Source: Schmidtea polychroa (taxonomy: Eukaryota). Taken from it: a DNA stretch of 64,000 nt. Below the pieces are notes generated by a model, which worked only from the letters and a program-made list of their open reading frames with translations, did not search any database and had not been told where the DNA came from. The stretch covers positions 186,001-250,000 of the forward strand of contig JBJFYX010000019.1 of the NCBI GenBank assembly GCA_044892525.1. Reading direction: 5' to 3'. The position numbers and the translations under genes are program-made. Of the stretch, positions 18,375 to 33,177 are shown in pieces. How positions within the stretch are numbered: the first letter of the stretch is position 1; each line of letters starts with the position of its first letter.

Positions 18375-19366
18375 CTCAGTATACCTACTCCAAACACCGT
18401 GGCCTATATCAAACCAACATGCGCCACGGACTTAATAGAAAATAATAAGGCTGGTCTCTACAGAAACATCCATATGGATACAATCGTGGGCTCTGATAGG
18501 GTCGTATGGCTGATCCATTGGAATCTCTGTCACTGGTCAATATACCTAGCGGATAAAGAAAATAGGGAGTCGGTAATCCTTGATCCTGATGACCAAATAT
18601 CCGAATCAGAAAAAAACACAATAAAAGCCAAAATGGACGAAATTCTAAGAATGACCACACAAGAATACCAATTGACGAATACCCCAAACTATGACTGTGG
18701 GGTGTTCGTACTCCAATACATATCCGACTTCCTATCCAGTGACAGAGGGATCAGATTTACGACCCCAAACTCAATGGAAATCAGAGAGCAAATTAAAAAT
18801 ATCTTAATGGAAAATATAGACAAATATGATAGCCTAGCCTCAATCAAGAAAAATGAGGCTATTGAGGCTATCATAACCAGCTTCCGCCTACACAAGACAA
18901 ACATCGACCAATTCCTCAAATGGTTCACTGATTTATTCAATAAAGATCGAAAGCCACAAAGGAATCATAGAGATAAAACATATACAATTACCAAATGCTC
19001 CTACCAGATACAGAGAATATTCACAGTGGCACCTGGTAGGGCTATCAAAGAGATAGACAGAATCCTGGAACCGGCTACCGATTTAACAACAGCGGTGATA
19101 GACACATACTTCGAAAGACCCACTCCTCCAAAAATGAGAGAAAAACCAGCACCCATTAAAAGTGCTCCGGAGTGGGAAACAAATAAACCAATAACCAGGG
19201 CAGACATCGATGAAGCAATAATAAACAGCAAAGATGCTGCACCTGGTATGGACCAAATCCCACTTCGACAATGGAGGGAGTGGATGGCATTTGATGCGCT
19301 AACACCAATCTTCAACAAAATCCTGGAGACGCATCAAATTCCCGAAGTATGGAGAAAATATTTATT
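18375..19366 (+). mobile_element. el5b: protease plus RT N-extension fragment (also 37656-38647, 56938-57929)
   Basis: 18375-18690 is ~95% like el4 from 14926 (by eye). Downstream is a distinct subfamily: KCSYQIQRIF..APGMDQIP..IPEVWRKY. Confidence 0.88.
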
Positions 19367-22300
19367 TGAATTAAAGAATGAGAATCGTCAATTAAGTTTG
19401 GAAATGAAAAACATGAAGAAAATGATGGAACAAAAGATAAAATCAATTGAAACTTTAGAACAAATTATCAAAGACTCTGCCAAAATTTCTACAGAAAATA
19501 GGAAAACACAACCAAATTCAGATCAGATTGTGAAAATTCGAGAAAAAGAGCATTATTTAAACAAAGTGTGTGTTACACATTACAAGATTGTTATCACAAG
19601 ATTGCTTGTTTTTATTAATAAATTTTTGACTCTGACACCTCATGCTGGTGTTCCTCATCTGGGAAAAGTTTGCTGACTTATCTAAGATTTTTTAATTTTT
19701 AATTGAGCTTAATTCTGAATTTATTTCTTTTTGTAATTTTTCTATTGGTTTAAAAATATTTTAAATTGATTTTAAATTTTTTAAATGATTTTTATTATTA
19801 CTTTTAAAATTTCTTGGATTAATTTTATTATTTTTTGTATTTTTAATATTTAAATTTAAATCATGGGTATTTCCTTGAAAGTTTTTAAATTTTCTTGGAT
19901 ATTTATTTGAAAATTTAATTTCATGTTTAAATTTTTATTGTTTTCTTGAAATATTTTATTATTCTTTGAAATTAATTTTTCTTGTATTTTCTTGTATATA
20001 TAATAAAATTCATGTTTTTATCCAAATTTAACATTATTTCCAAGCTTTTTTCTTGATAAATAAATTTGTCTTGGATATTTTCTTGAAGATTTGACATATT
20101 GTGTATCACTTTTATTATTTCCATCTGTAATTTTCAAATTGAAGTTTTGTTTTTAGTATTTTTTATCTGGGAAAGGTTTAAAAAAATATCGAAAATATTA
20201 AAACAATACCATTTAATATTTATAATTTTATTGAAAATTTAGATCAAGATGATATTAAAAAAACTAGAATGTAAAAATTATATTTATAGAAAATTTATCT
20301 AAAAATTTATATAAGAATTTTGATAAAAAATAAATGATTAAACTACAAATGCTTAAAAATTATATATAACATTAAAAATATATCTAAACATTTAAACTTT
20401 AAAGAAATATATATTAAAATATAATTTTAAAGATAAAAAATCTTTAAATTTAAAAGAAATATGTTACCAAAGAATATTGAACTATCAACAGAAAATAATA
20501 AAAACTCTGAATGATAATTGAATAATAATTTTTAAAATGTTACTTATTCAATTAAAAACAAAAAACGAATCCAGATAATATTCAGGGAAGCAATAACAAT
20601 GCCAAAAAACCAAGATCCAATAATGAAAAACGCAGCAACTCTGCCCAAAAAAATGAAATCAAAAATTCAGAGACTCCCATAAAACCACTAAACTTTGACA
20701 ATAATGTCAAATCTAATGATATAAATATATTTCTATTCCATGAAAATACCAGATTATCAAAAACATATATAGAAATAGAATATTATAAGAAGAAATTTGT
20801 AAAAATCTGTCAAAAATGATAAAAAATAGTGAATGTTATAAAAACGATAAATTTGTCGTTTAAATTATCGTTTTTATTGCAGTTTTAATTTTTAATGTTT
20901 TGAGTATGATTTAATTATTTCAAGATTCATTAATAATAAAAATCAAGATTAAATTAATTTTTGAAATATTAAATTTATCACAGAAAATATCTCAAAGTTA
21001 GAGGATATGGGTCTTTTATTAGAAATAAAATATAAAAATATCTATTGAATAAAATAAGCATTTTTAGAAATAAAAATGTAAACAATTTTAAAAATTCAAT
21101 ATTTATTTGAAATTTGGAAGTTCAAATATTAAATTAAAAAAAATCTTTTTTGGCAGAATAGGTTTATTTAATTATAGTTGAATTATTTGTATTTTTTTAA
21201 AGTTAAAAATGTAAGTGTGTAAAATATTATTGATATAAATAAAAAAAATATCATAAGAAAATTTAAATGATAAAAATTAATTTATTATTAAAAATAATTG
21301 AAAATATACAAAAAACAAATCAAATTTAAAAATATCAATAATAAAAATTAAGATTGAATTAATTGTTGAAATATTAAATTTATCACAGAAAATATCTCGA
21401 TGTTAGAGGATATGGGTCTTTTATTAGAAAGTTAATTTATTAATAAAAATAATTTAAAATATACAAAAAACAAATAAAATATAAAAATATCTATTGCCTA
21501 AGATAAATATCTCAAAATTAGAGTATATGGGTCTTTTATTAGAAAGTTAATTTATTATTAAAAATAATTTAAAATATACAAAAATTAAATAAAATATAAA
21601 AATATCTTTTGGCTAAGATAAACATTTTTAGAAATTAAAATGTAAACAATAATTATTTAAAATTGAAAGTTCAAATATTGAATTAAAAAAAATTTTTTTG
21701 GCAGAATGGGTTTATTTAATTATAGTTGAATTATTTGTATTTTTTTAAAGTTAAAAATGTAAGTGTGTATGTAAGTCATAAATATCATAAGAAAATTTAA
21801 ATGATAAAAATTAATTTATTATTAAAAATAATTGAAAATATACAAAAAACAAATCAAATTTAAAAATATCAATAAAAATATTTAGAAATAAAAGTTAAAA
21901 CAATTTTTAAAATTTAATATTTTTTTTTAAAAATGGAAGGTCAAATATCGAATTTAAAAATATTTTAATCCAAATTTAAAAAAAACATTTAATTATAATA
22001 ATAATATTGAAATTTTAGATCAAGATGATAATAAACAATTAGAATGTTACAATTATATTTATGAAAAATATATATAAAATATCAAACTTTAAAGAAAATT
22101 ATATCAGAATATGATTTTAAAGATAAAAAATATATTAAAATTTCAAATATATTTTAACAAAAAATATTGAAGTACCAACAGATTTATAATAACTCTAACA
22201 GTTATATAAATACATTTTTTTAGTTTAACTAATTCAATGAAAAAGAATTTTAAAACAATGAAAAATTCGAAATTCAGAACAATTCAGAACCTCGTCCAAA

Positions 22301-23334
22301 TGAAATTGGAAAAAGCCCTAAATAACTTTCCACCAGCATCCAAGATGAAAAACAACGATAACTAAATGCCAATTAATAGTAAAAAAAATAATTAACAGTT
22401 TAATCAATAACTTATATATAATTAAAAATAAATAAAAAAATTAAAAAAATTAAATCATTAAATTATATTATATTTCTGATTATTCTTGAATGAAGATTTT
22501 GAACTTTTTGAATTCTATGATTGTTGAGTTCTCAGTTTCTGGTTGTTTGGTAGTGGAAATCTCTCTGTCTTTGGCGGCCAATGCGTTCATATTTTCTTTT
22601 GAAATTTTGTTTTCGGTATTTCTTATCTGGGAAAGGTTGGCAGAGGTTTATATTATTTTCTTTATGTTCTTTGAGGTTTTATATAAAATATATTTATCAT
22701 TTATTTGTTCTTTGATAAAATTTTATAATTTGGTAACCACTATCATTGAGTAGCCTACAGATGTCACAAGAGACTCAGACACTGTAGAGCTGTCAAATCC
22801 AATAGAACTCACAACTATCGAGCAACCATGTAGAAGCATGGAAAATAATGAGACCGCAATCTCTACAGTAAACAACGAAAACATAGAAATTGACGGAACA
22901 AGTCGGGGAATAATAATAAAACCCATTGCACCTGTACTCAAAGAAAATATATCAAATAACGAAACAAGAAGGCAATCAAGACAAGATAAAAATATCAGAT
23001 CCAAGAGTCAGAAGAAAGAAAGACAAATAATTGACTCCGATAGCCATTGATACCACAAAACAAAACAAAAAACTACGTACCGGTGGAGACCATCAACGGC
23101 AAATAATTGGCTTATGGTAGTTAAAAAACATCCAATAGCCAGTTAACCGAATGGAAAAATGCCTTGAAAATATTTTTAGCATAAAAGCCCACATAATATA
23201 GTTAATAAACTATAATATGCAGGCAATTAGTTAATCTAAATTTCAATCTAGAAATTTAAAGTTAATTTTAAAAACGACATGAATGAATCATAAAGACTCA
23301 ATACATATCTACACAATGAATGATTCATAAAGAA

Positions 23335-23746
23335 TCAAATCATCGCGCATGGGGATGAAGTTCAAAATCTCGCAGTTTACACCACTCGAATTCTTACGCT
23401 TCCCCGACCGTAAAGTAAGTCGTCTACAAACGATTTAATGCCAACACGTAAATCATTAAAAATGATTCAAACATCCAAACTATTTTCATAGAATGGTTAG
23501 AGTTTAAATATATGGCTAAGCCACATCCACTAACTTGCGTTAATGAATAATAATATTGCCTCATTACGAGGATGGCACAAAATATCATGATTTTTAGGCG
23601 AGATTCAGACTTAGAGGCGTTCAGTCTTAATCTCTCGGATGGTAGCTTCGTGCCACTGACCTTTTGATCAAGCACATTTACCAGTGATCCGAATCTGCGG
23701 TTCCTCTCGTACTGACCAGAATTACTATTATCATGACAAATTATAT

Positions 23747-23800
<54 letters not shown>

Positions 23801-23930
23801 ATTAGTGAGTGAACAATCCAACGCTTTGCGAAATCTGCTTCGCAATGATAGGAAGAGCCGACAACGAAGGATCAAAAAGCGACGTCGCTATGAACGCTTG
23901 GCCGCCACAAGCCAGTTATCCCTGTGGTAA
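23335..23930 (-). rRNA. 28S: 28S rRNA 3' fragment, unit B
   Basis: Same sequence as 4053-4648. Confidence 0.95.
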
Positions 23931-25960
23931 TAGCACAAATTCGAAAATCGGAGAAGATGAAAACATCACAACAATATCAGAAATACAAAAATTACATCAA
24001 AAAAACAGTCATTTGGAATCAGGAATGCAGATAATGATGAAAATGATGCAATCATTGACTGAAGAAATAAATACTCTAAAAAAATGATGGACAAATCACA
24101 AAATGGGAATGAAACAGATAAAAATAATCAAAGAAACAGTTATGCCCAAATTGCCAAAAAATCAAATAGCAATTTAAATTTCCAAGAAAATGATAAAAAT
24201 TTGAATTTTACAAATTGTAAAAAAAATTCAAATTCGGAAGAAAATAATAAAAATTTAAATTTAAATTCAAATTTAAATACAGAAAATCAAGAGAATTTAA
24301 ATATTTCAAAATCAAATATTAATGATTTTAAAATTTCGAAGAATACATCATTTAAAAATTTTAAAAATAAGAAAGATTTTATAAATAATAAAAATGATTT
24401 TAAGCCAATAATCAATCAACACTGAAATCCAGATCTGCGCTGAGAAAATTAATACTACAACACTGAATTCTCAACCAGTAGAATCAAACAGAAAGAGAAG
24501 AAAGGCAATCTTAGCAAGTGATGAAGAGCAAAATCTTCCAAAAAAGACTAATAATCATAAAGAGCAACCCATATTCGACCAACCTGAAAAATTGATTGGA
24601 GGAGGACCAAGTGATAATGAGAACTTCCAGATCCACGTTACTAATGAACTAACCTACAAATGTGCTCTGATTGGATGCCAATCCAAATCTGAATCATTAG
24701 CCGGGATTAAACAGCATGTATCAAGAGCCCATAAAATCAGGACAACATACACTAAATGCCATCAATGACCAAACAATATTCAACAACATGAAATTGAAGA
24801 ACATGTCAAATATCATAAAGAGTTGACAAATAAATATAAAGATGCGAAAATGGATGTCATAATTCCAACAAAAAATGACATTCCTTCAAACATCGCATGA
24901 CTAGCACAGTCAGCTATCGAGGCTCAAATAAGATCAATCATAAAAGAGCCTAAGAACAAAGATAGCATAATCTGTTACTTAAATCCCCAGTGCGCTAATG
25001 ACCTAATATCAAACAACAGGAATGGCCTCTTTAAAAAGTTAAAAATGGATGCCCTTGTTGGATGTGAGCTTACTATTTGGCTAATCCATTGGAATAAAAG
25101 TCATTGAACTGTATACCTTGCAGAAAGGAAAAACAGGACGTCAGTAATTATGGACCCTGACAATCAAATGTCTCAAGAACTTAAGATTTCCATCAAAAAG
25201 AAAATAGATGATATACTGAGAATAACTTCCTCCGAGCAAGACAATGAAATGCAATTAATGAACATCCCAATCTATCCAACTCAGACAAACAAATATGATT
25301 GTGGAGTGTTCGTTATTCAATATATAATGGACTTCCTAGAAAATCCGGAGAGGCCCATATTCAATATGCCCGACTCCGATAAAATAAGAACCCAAATAAC
25401 ATCAAGCATATTAGAGGATATCAAAAGATACAAAAAATGCTCAAATGAATCAAAGAAAGAAGATATAGAAGATGCTATAAACCAATTTAGATTACACCAG
25501 CTATCAATAAACGATATACTAAATTGGCTCAAACACAGATTTCTAAAAGATCCTAAACCGAGAAGGGCATGCAGAAGCGAAAATAAAAAACCCAATCTAT
25601 GCTCATACCAAATACAGAGATTATACTCAATAAACTCTGGCAAAGCGATAATGCAAATACATAATGAATCATGCAAGGTTATTGACCTAACATCAACGTC
25701 AATGGACCTGCATTTTACAAAACCAAAGCCACCAAAAATACAGAACATGATTAATATTGCGGACAAAAGACCAGAATGGGAATCCTCAAAGCCAATTTCA
25801 GAGAAAGATGTATTCTTTGCAATAAAAAATAGCAAAGATACAGCGCCAGGAGAGGACGGAATTCCGGTCAGAGCATAGAAAGAATGGATGCCTGAGGACC
25901 CATTGACTCCAATATTCAATAGAATAATCGAATCCAAAACTATCCCTGATTCTTGGAAAA
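23931..25960 (+). mobile_element. el1 copy, unit B
   Basis: ORFs 23809, 24084 and 25150 match those of unit A. Confidence 0.9.
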
Positions 25961-26969
25961 ATAATATAATTTAATGATTTAATTTTTTTAATTTTTTTAT
26001 TTATTTTTAATTATATATAAGTTATTGATTAAACTGTTAATTATTTTTTTTACTATTAATTGGCATTTAGTTATCGTTGTTTTTCATCTTGGATGCTGGT
26101 GGAAAGTTATTTAGGGCTTTTTCCAATTTCATTTGGACGAGGTTCTGAATTGTTCTGAATTTCGAATTTTTCATTGTTTTAAAATTCTTTTTCATTGAAT
26201 TAGTTAAACTAAAAAAATGTATTTATATAACTGTTAGAGTTATTATAAATCTGTTGGTACTTCAATATTTTTTGTTAAAATATATTTGAAATTTTAATAT
26301 ATTTTTTATCTTTAAAATCATATTCTGATATAATTTTCTTTAAAGTTTGATATTTTAGATATATTTTTCATAAATATAATTGTAACATTCTAATTGTTTA
26401 TTATCATCTTGATCTAAAATTTCAATATTATTATTATAATTAAATGTTTTTTTTAAATTTGGATTAAAATATTTTTAAATTCGATATTTGACCTTCCATT
26501 TTCAAAAAAAATAATTAAATTTTAAAAATTGTTTTAACTTTTATTTCTAATTATTTTTATTGATATTTTTAAATTTAAATTTTTTTTGTATATTTTCAAT
26601 TATTTTTAATAATAAATTAATTTTTATCATTTAAATTTTCTTATGATATTTATGACTTACATACACACTTACATTTTTAACTTTAAAAAAATACAAATAA
26701 TTCAACTATAATTAAATAAACCCATTCTGCCAAAAAAAATTTTTTTAATTCAATATTTGAACTTTCAATTTTAAATAATTATTGTTTACATTTTAATTTC
26801 TAAAAATGTTTATCTTAGCCAAAAGATATTTTTATATTTTATTTGATTTTTGTATATTTTAAATTATTTTTAATAATAAATTAACTTTCTAATAAAAGAC
26901 CCATATACTCTAATTTTGAGATATTTATCTTAGGCAATAGATATTTTTATATTTTATTTGTTTTTTGTA

Positions 26970-29900
26970 ATTGCAATCATTTTTCTGGATGGAAGTTATG
27001 AATTCCAAAAACCTATTGACCAGCATAATGCAATACACTGGTTCAACTTCTTTATCAAAAGAATGATAGTCGGAGTACCAAGATCCTTCAATCTAAGGAA
27101 AAGTATACCATATCTTAATAAAAGCCAAACAGTTCCGCAGACCAATGTGGAAACAAATGGAGACATAACCAACCACTCTAACCTGAAAGGTCTACAATGC
27201 CGAGATATTAGTAGAAAAAGGAGAAAATGCTCAACTAATGAATCCGTAGAACATCAATCAAAGAGAAAAAATAATGAGGAAAATACTGAACAACCAGTAA
27301 ATCAGGAAGAAGAAACACATGTAACTCATCAAACCACAACAAGTCCCAATCAATCATTAAATGAACAAGCATGACGGGATGGGGAAAGGACAACAAGTGC
27401 AGTCCTACCCCCACAAGAAAATACTATCATTTCAACACTCCAAAACCCTGACAACCGTCTAATAGGAGGAACAATGCAAATCAAACAAATTGAAGCTTCA
27501 ATCGATCTAATAATTGACAATGAATGCAGAATAGTTTGTGCAAAAGAAGGTTGCAACAAAACCTATACTGATATCTTCCATGCTGAGCACCATTCCAGAA
27601 ATAAACATAATCTACCTTCTGGAACAAGAACAAAGGTCAAATGTGTACAATGTGAGAACCCAATCGAAGGAGATCAAGTAAATGACCATATCAACAACCA
27701 CAAAGACGAAAGAAAAGAAGACCTGATTAGACAAATGAATATCATCCTACCAAATAAAAGAGATACGCCTTACGGACCATATGATCTACTATCACAAGCG
27801 GCGTTGGAAATATATATTAGGAATCTAATAATGTATGACAAAAGGGAAATAGCATACATTGGCCCCAGAGCATCAATATACCTTAACAACAACAATAAAC
27901 ACGCTCTGCTCAAAGAAATACAACTGCACAACCTTGTCGGCTGGAAACTGGCAATCTGGCTCATCCACTGGAATGGTAACCACTGGGCAGTGTACCTAGC
28001 TAATAAAAACACTAGACAATCCATAATCCTGGATTCAGCTAACTCATTTACAATCAACCAAGAATTTTTAATGAAAAAGAATATGGATTCAATTCTTAAT
28101 ACCGCATCAGAAGAGGATAAACCCTTCCTGAGATTGCAGATTGAGCATAAACCTACCCAATCTAACCAATATGACTGCGGCCCATATGTACTACAATTCA
28201 TAAAGGACTTTCTAAATAATCCTGAAAGAACTAGATACAACGAGCCAAACACGAAAGAAATTAGAGAAAAAATATGCGAATTAATAACGGAAGAATGAAA
28301 AAAATAAAGATAATGGAATAAAACAAATCAATGATCCTGAAATCGCAGAGCTACTGAAAAAATTCTCACTACATCAATACACAATTGAACAGATCCTAGA
28401 AAATTTCAGAAGAATATACGAAAGAGACAATCTAAAACCAAAAAGAAATTCTAAACTAAAGATTCCAATGGCTAAATGCTCTTATCAGATCCAACGATTA
28501 TATGCCATCAATCCTGGAAGAGCTATTAATGAAATAAACAAAGCCACTGATTCTACTCCAGAACTACAAACAGAAGTAATGAACATCTACTTCACCAGAC
28601 AAAAACCACAAACAAATCCAGAAAATATTCTAATATCGAAAAGAACCGCTGACTGGATAACCGACAAAAAGATCAAAAACAAGGAAATCACAATAACAAT
28701 CAAAAGAATGGAAGATAAAGCACCAGGAGCAGACAAAATTCCTATACGACAATGGAAAACCTGGAACAAAGATAGGGCATTAAAAGTGCTATTTAACCAT
28801 ATCATAAAACAAAAGAAGATACCAATAAACTGGAAAACATTTATGACAAAACTAATTATAAAACCAGGAAAAGCCGAAGAAGCATCCAATCCATCTAACT
28901 GGAGACCGATAGCACTAATGCCAACGGCCTATAGAATCCTAATGAAACTACTAAATAAAAGATTATTAAAATGGATCCATGACGGAAAGCTACTATCTCC
29001 ATGGCAAAAAGCATTTTAGAAAAAGAAAACGGATGCGATGAGCACAATTTCATAATCAATTGCCTTATGGAAAAAGCAAACAGAACAAGATACAAAGGCG
29101 AACAGATACACCTAGTATTCTTGGACCTCGCAGACGCCTTTGGCAGTATGCCACACGAGGTGATTTGGTACACATTAGAGAGAATGGGGTTAAATAAAAA
29201 CACCATTGAACTAATTAAAAATAGCTACCAAGACTGCTTCTCAATATACGAAAGCGGCGAATCCAAATCAGACAAAATTAAAATTGATAAAGGGGTCAAA
29301 CAGGGATGCCCCTTGTCCATGACGCTATTTAGTCTATGTATAGAATTCCTCATAAAAGCTGTAGAGGATCTAAACAAAGGTGCCAAAATAGCAGAAACAA
29401 AAATAAGTATTCTAGCCTACGCAGACGATTTGGTACTAATCGCAAATAACAAAGAGGACATCCAAATAATGCTTAACACCATATTCGAAGAGGCAAATAA
29501 AGCATGTCTAACCTCTAAACCTGCCAAATGTGGATATTTCAGTGAACAAGAAAACAATGATATCCCAATAATGATCAACAACCAGACAATTAGGAAAATC
29601 AACAACAATGAACTGTACACATACCTAGGAGTCAGAATAGGAGGACCTAAAAAAAGGAACTTAGACCAACTATTCAAGGAAGCAATCACCTACTCTGAAA
29701 AGATATTCAAATCAAAACTTAAAGCATGTCAAAAAATAGAAGCATACCAAACATTTATACACTCCAAATTCGTATTCCCTCTCCAAGGAGAAGACATAAA
29801 CAAAGGAAACATCGAAGAATACGATAACCAAATCCGAACAAGAATCAAAAAAGATGTTATTGACCTACCTACAAATAGTCCATTTATGGATGCAATAATC

Positions 29901-31164
29901 TATTCCCCAAGAGCAAAAGGAGGTCTAGGAATAACAAAAGTCGCAGACGAGCAACTTATCCAGACCATCGCTAGATACCTAAGGCTATTTAACAGTAGCC
30001 ACATGGACATCAGAAGAATCCTAACAGAAGAAACAATTGATATTGCCAAGATCAGAACAAACCAGACAATCTATACCATTAAAGACGCAATAAAATGGCT
30101 AGATAATACGCATACCAACTCAAAAAGGAACGACACAAAATACAGTTGGATCACTAGAATCAAAACAGCAATAATGGGAATCATGAGAACCCATAAAATT
30201 GAGATAAAACTGTCCATTAATGAGGATGACCAACAAGAAGCAAGAGTCAAATGTGCTACTGAAGAAACACCAGTAGTGGTCAAAGAAACGAATAAAATTT
30301 CAGCAACACTACACTGGATGATCAAAGAAAGCTATTTCAATAAATGGAAAGCAGCTAAATGCCAAGGCTACATCATAAGCCTCCCATATTCCAAGAAAAT
30401 GGAATGGGAACTCCCACGGAACTTAGATGATTCAGATTGGCAATTCATAATAAAAGCACGTGCCAACATGCTTGACCTAAGGAACAAGCAAGCAAACCAA
30501 GGAGGAAGACTAGCAGCAATAAACTGCAGGAAATGCGACTACCCAAGAGAATGCCAAGCACATGCCATCAACCACTGTGACTATGGTAAAAACAGTAGAG
30601 TAACAAAACACAACGAAATCCAAAGATTGCTTACCGAATTACTCGAAACAAAAAAGTTAAATTACGAGACAGAAGCAATACCAAAAGAATCATCTGTGAA
30701 CCTAAAACCAGACATCCTAATCAGAGGAGAATCAAAAAATACCATCATTGACATTAAATGTCCTTTCGATGACTAGGATACCATTGAACTGGCAAGAAAC
30801 AAAAACCAAGACAAATATCGAAACTTGGCCACAGAGATCCAAACCAAGTCTGAAAAACCTACCACTGTAGAAACATTTGTGGTGTGTTCCCTTGGAACCC
30901 GGGATAAGAGAAATAACGAAATCCTCAGAAAACTTCAATTCAAATTTGACGAATATTCAAAAACAAAAGACAAAATGATCAAAGCCGTAATCAAAGGATC
31001 CAGATACACATTCGACCAGCACAGGGGCTTCATGACCTGATGCTTTAAATATACCAGTGACTAGTTCACTCAAGAATCCAGATATCCCACCTATTCTGTT
31101 TACAGAAAGGTTCTTAACTCATCCTTGTGATGACACTTTTTGTTATATTAATAAATATTTTGTA
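26970..31164 (+). mobile_element. el2 copy, unit B
   Basis: ORFs 26958, 27474, 28468, 29001, 30825. Confidence 0.95.
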
Positions 31165-31215
31165 TTTCTGACACCTCTTGCTACAAACTCTGTAAAAATC
31201 AAAAGGATCGATAGG

Positions 31216-33114
31216 GAACAAAACCAATCAATGAATAAAACCATCAAATACATTGAAGCAAGACTGGCAAACTTGCTTATCAATCGAAACTTGAGAACAT
31301 TTCATAATGAAATCAAGATAGACTCCTTGATTGGATGGGAACTAATAATCTGGCTTATACACTGGAACAACTGCCATTGGATTGTCTACCTTGCTAATTT
31401 CGAGGATAAAACCTCCATTATCTTGGATTCAGACAATCAGATGACAACATTGCAAAAGTGTTATATAAAAGACAGACTAGATAAATTCCTAGAAAATACA
31501 GTGGAAGAAAGAACCATCTTTAAATCACTTGAAAACAGATTAATTCCTCAACAATCAAACGACTATGATTGTGGAACATATGTCCTTCAATTCATAGAGG
31601 ACTTTGTGAATGAACCTGAAAGACTAAATTATCAGACTCCAGACTCAATTAGAATTAGAAACATAATCGGGAAGCAGATTATGGAAGAATTAAAAGATGC
31701 CAAAAAGAATACACCAAAGAAGTCAAATAAAGAAATAGACGAATTAATTCTCAAATTGAAGTTACTACAGATAGACATTCATTCAGTACTTCAATGGTTC
31801 ACGAACAAATATAATGAATCAATCCCTAAACAAAAGAACAAAAGAGGTGCAAAGATCAACATCTCAAAATGCTCATATCAAATGCAAAGATTATTTGCAT
31901 AGCTCCAAAAAGAGCAATAAAGGAAATATATAAAAATGAGTCAGCCCCAGCAGACCTTCCGAAAAGCATCTTAGATGCTTACTTCATAAAAGAAAATTGA
32001 TCTCGGAATGGCAGTAGGCAGTAATGGCTGTGATGAGCACAATTACATCATCCAGGCACTGATTGAGAAATCGAACAGAATTAAATACAAACACGAACAA
32101 TGTCTCCTGGCTTTCTTGGACTTGGCTGATGCATTCGGAAGCATCCCATTTTCTGTCATTTGGCATACAATGAGCATAATGGGACTCGATAAAACAACTA
32201 TCGACCTATTAAAAGAATTGTATAAAGATAATGTCACAAGATACAAAAGTGGAAAAACTGAATCGGAAAGGATAAACATTGTAAAAGGCGTGAAACAGGG
32301 TTGCCCACTATCAATGACCCTATTCAGCCTATGCATTCAATTCATTCTAAAAGAGATCATCAATATGAATAAAGGAGCAACAATGGCAGCACAAGATATT
32401 AACATCCTTGCCTATGCAGACGACTTAGTAATTGTGGCCGATTCTGCTAAAAACCTACAAATTCTACTAGGAAGAATTGAAGATCTAGCAAATAAAGCAT
32501 GCCTAAAGTTCAAACCGGCAAAATGCGGATACTACAGAGATCCAAAAGACAATACATCACGAGTTATGATCTATAAAGAACAAATCAGATTAGTAAGTGA
32601 GGAAAACATATACACCTATCTTGGAGTCAGAATAGGTGATAAAAAGAAAAAGAACCTAAATAAGCTTTTCGAAAAGGTTAAAGATCATACTAAATCGATT
32701 TTCACTTCAAAACTCAGAAATGACCAAAAACTGGGGGCTTATAACACCTTTGGCTAATCAAAATTTGTATATATACTACAAGGAGAAGATATCTCAAAAA
32801 TAAATATTGAAAAATACGATAATGATATAAAAGCCATAATAAAAAAGCACGTGCTAGATCTCCAAGATAACAGCCCATTCACAGACTCAGTGATTTACTC
32901 ACCACGAGAAAAGGGAGGCTTAGGAATCACAAAAGTGTTCGATGAGCAGATAATCCAAACAATAAATAGAGCTCTGAAACTCCTAACAAGTAACCACAAA
33001 CTGATCCAAGAAAAGATTGAAGATTTGGAAAATGCATTGAAATGGTTGGATGGATCAATAAAATACAAGAAAAACACAAACGCCAAGACAACGTGGATAA
33101 CACGAGTAAGAGAA
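31216..33114 (+). mobile_element. el3 copy, unit B
   Basis: ORFs 31057, 32008, 32851. Confidence 0.9.
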
Positions 33115-33177
33115 AAATTTTTTAGACGACCATCTGAAATAGTCCAAAAAATTAGACTAAGTATTTTGGCTAGTGTA

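Larger units (their letters stand above)
1..19282 (+). repeat. Tandem unit A of a ~19.28 kb array (phase set by the window start)
   Basis: The opening sequence GATGGCATTTGATGCGCT recurs at 19283, 38564 and 57846. The ORF track repeats with offsets of 19281-19282. Confidence 0.98.

Noticed and set aside
6035-19318. Many minus-strand ORFs rich in F/I/L/S (e.g. 6035..6655, 8489..8971, 14247..14864, 19001..19318)
   Set aside because: They are antisense shadows of A-rich + strand retroelement coding sequence, with no independent motifs.
18348-19676. 442-aa ORF (and 2..394) as a real protease-coiled-coil fusion gene
   Set aside because: It is a mosaic of four fragments joined at short homologies. 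In unit C/D it is broken by TAA at 57931.
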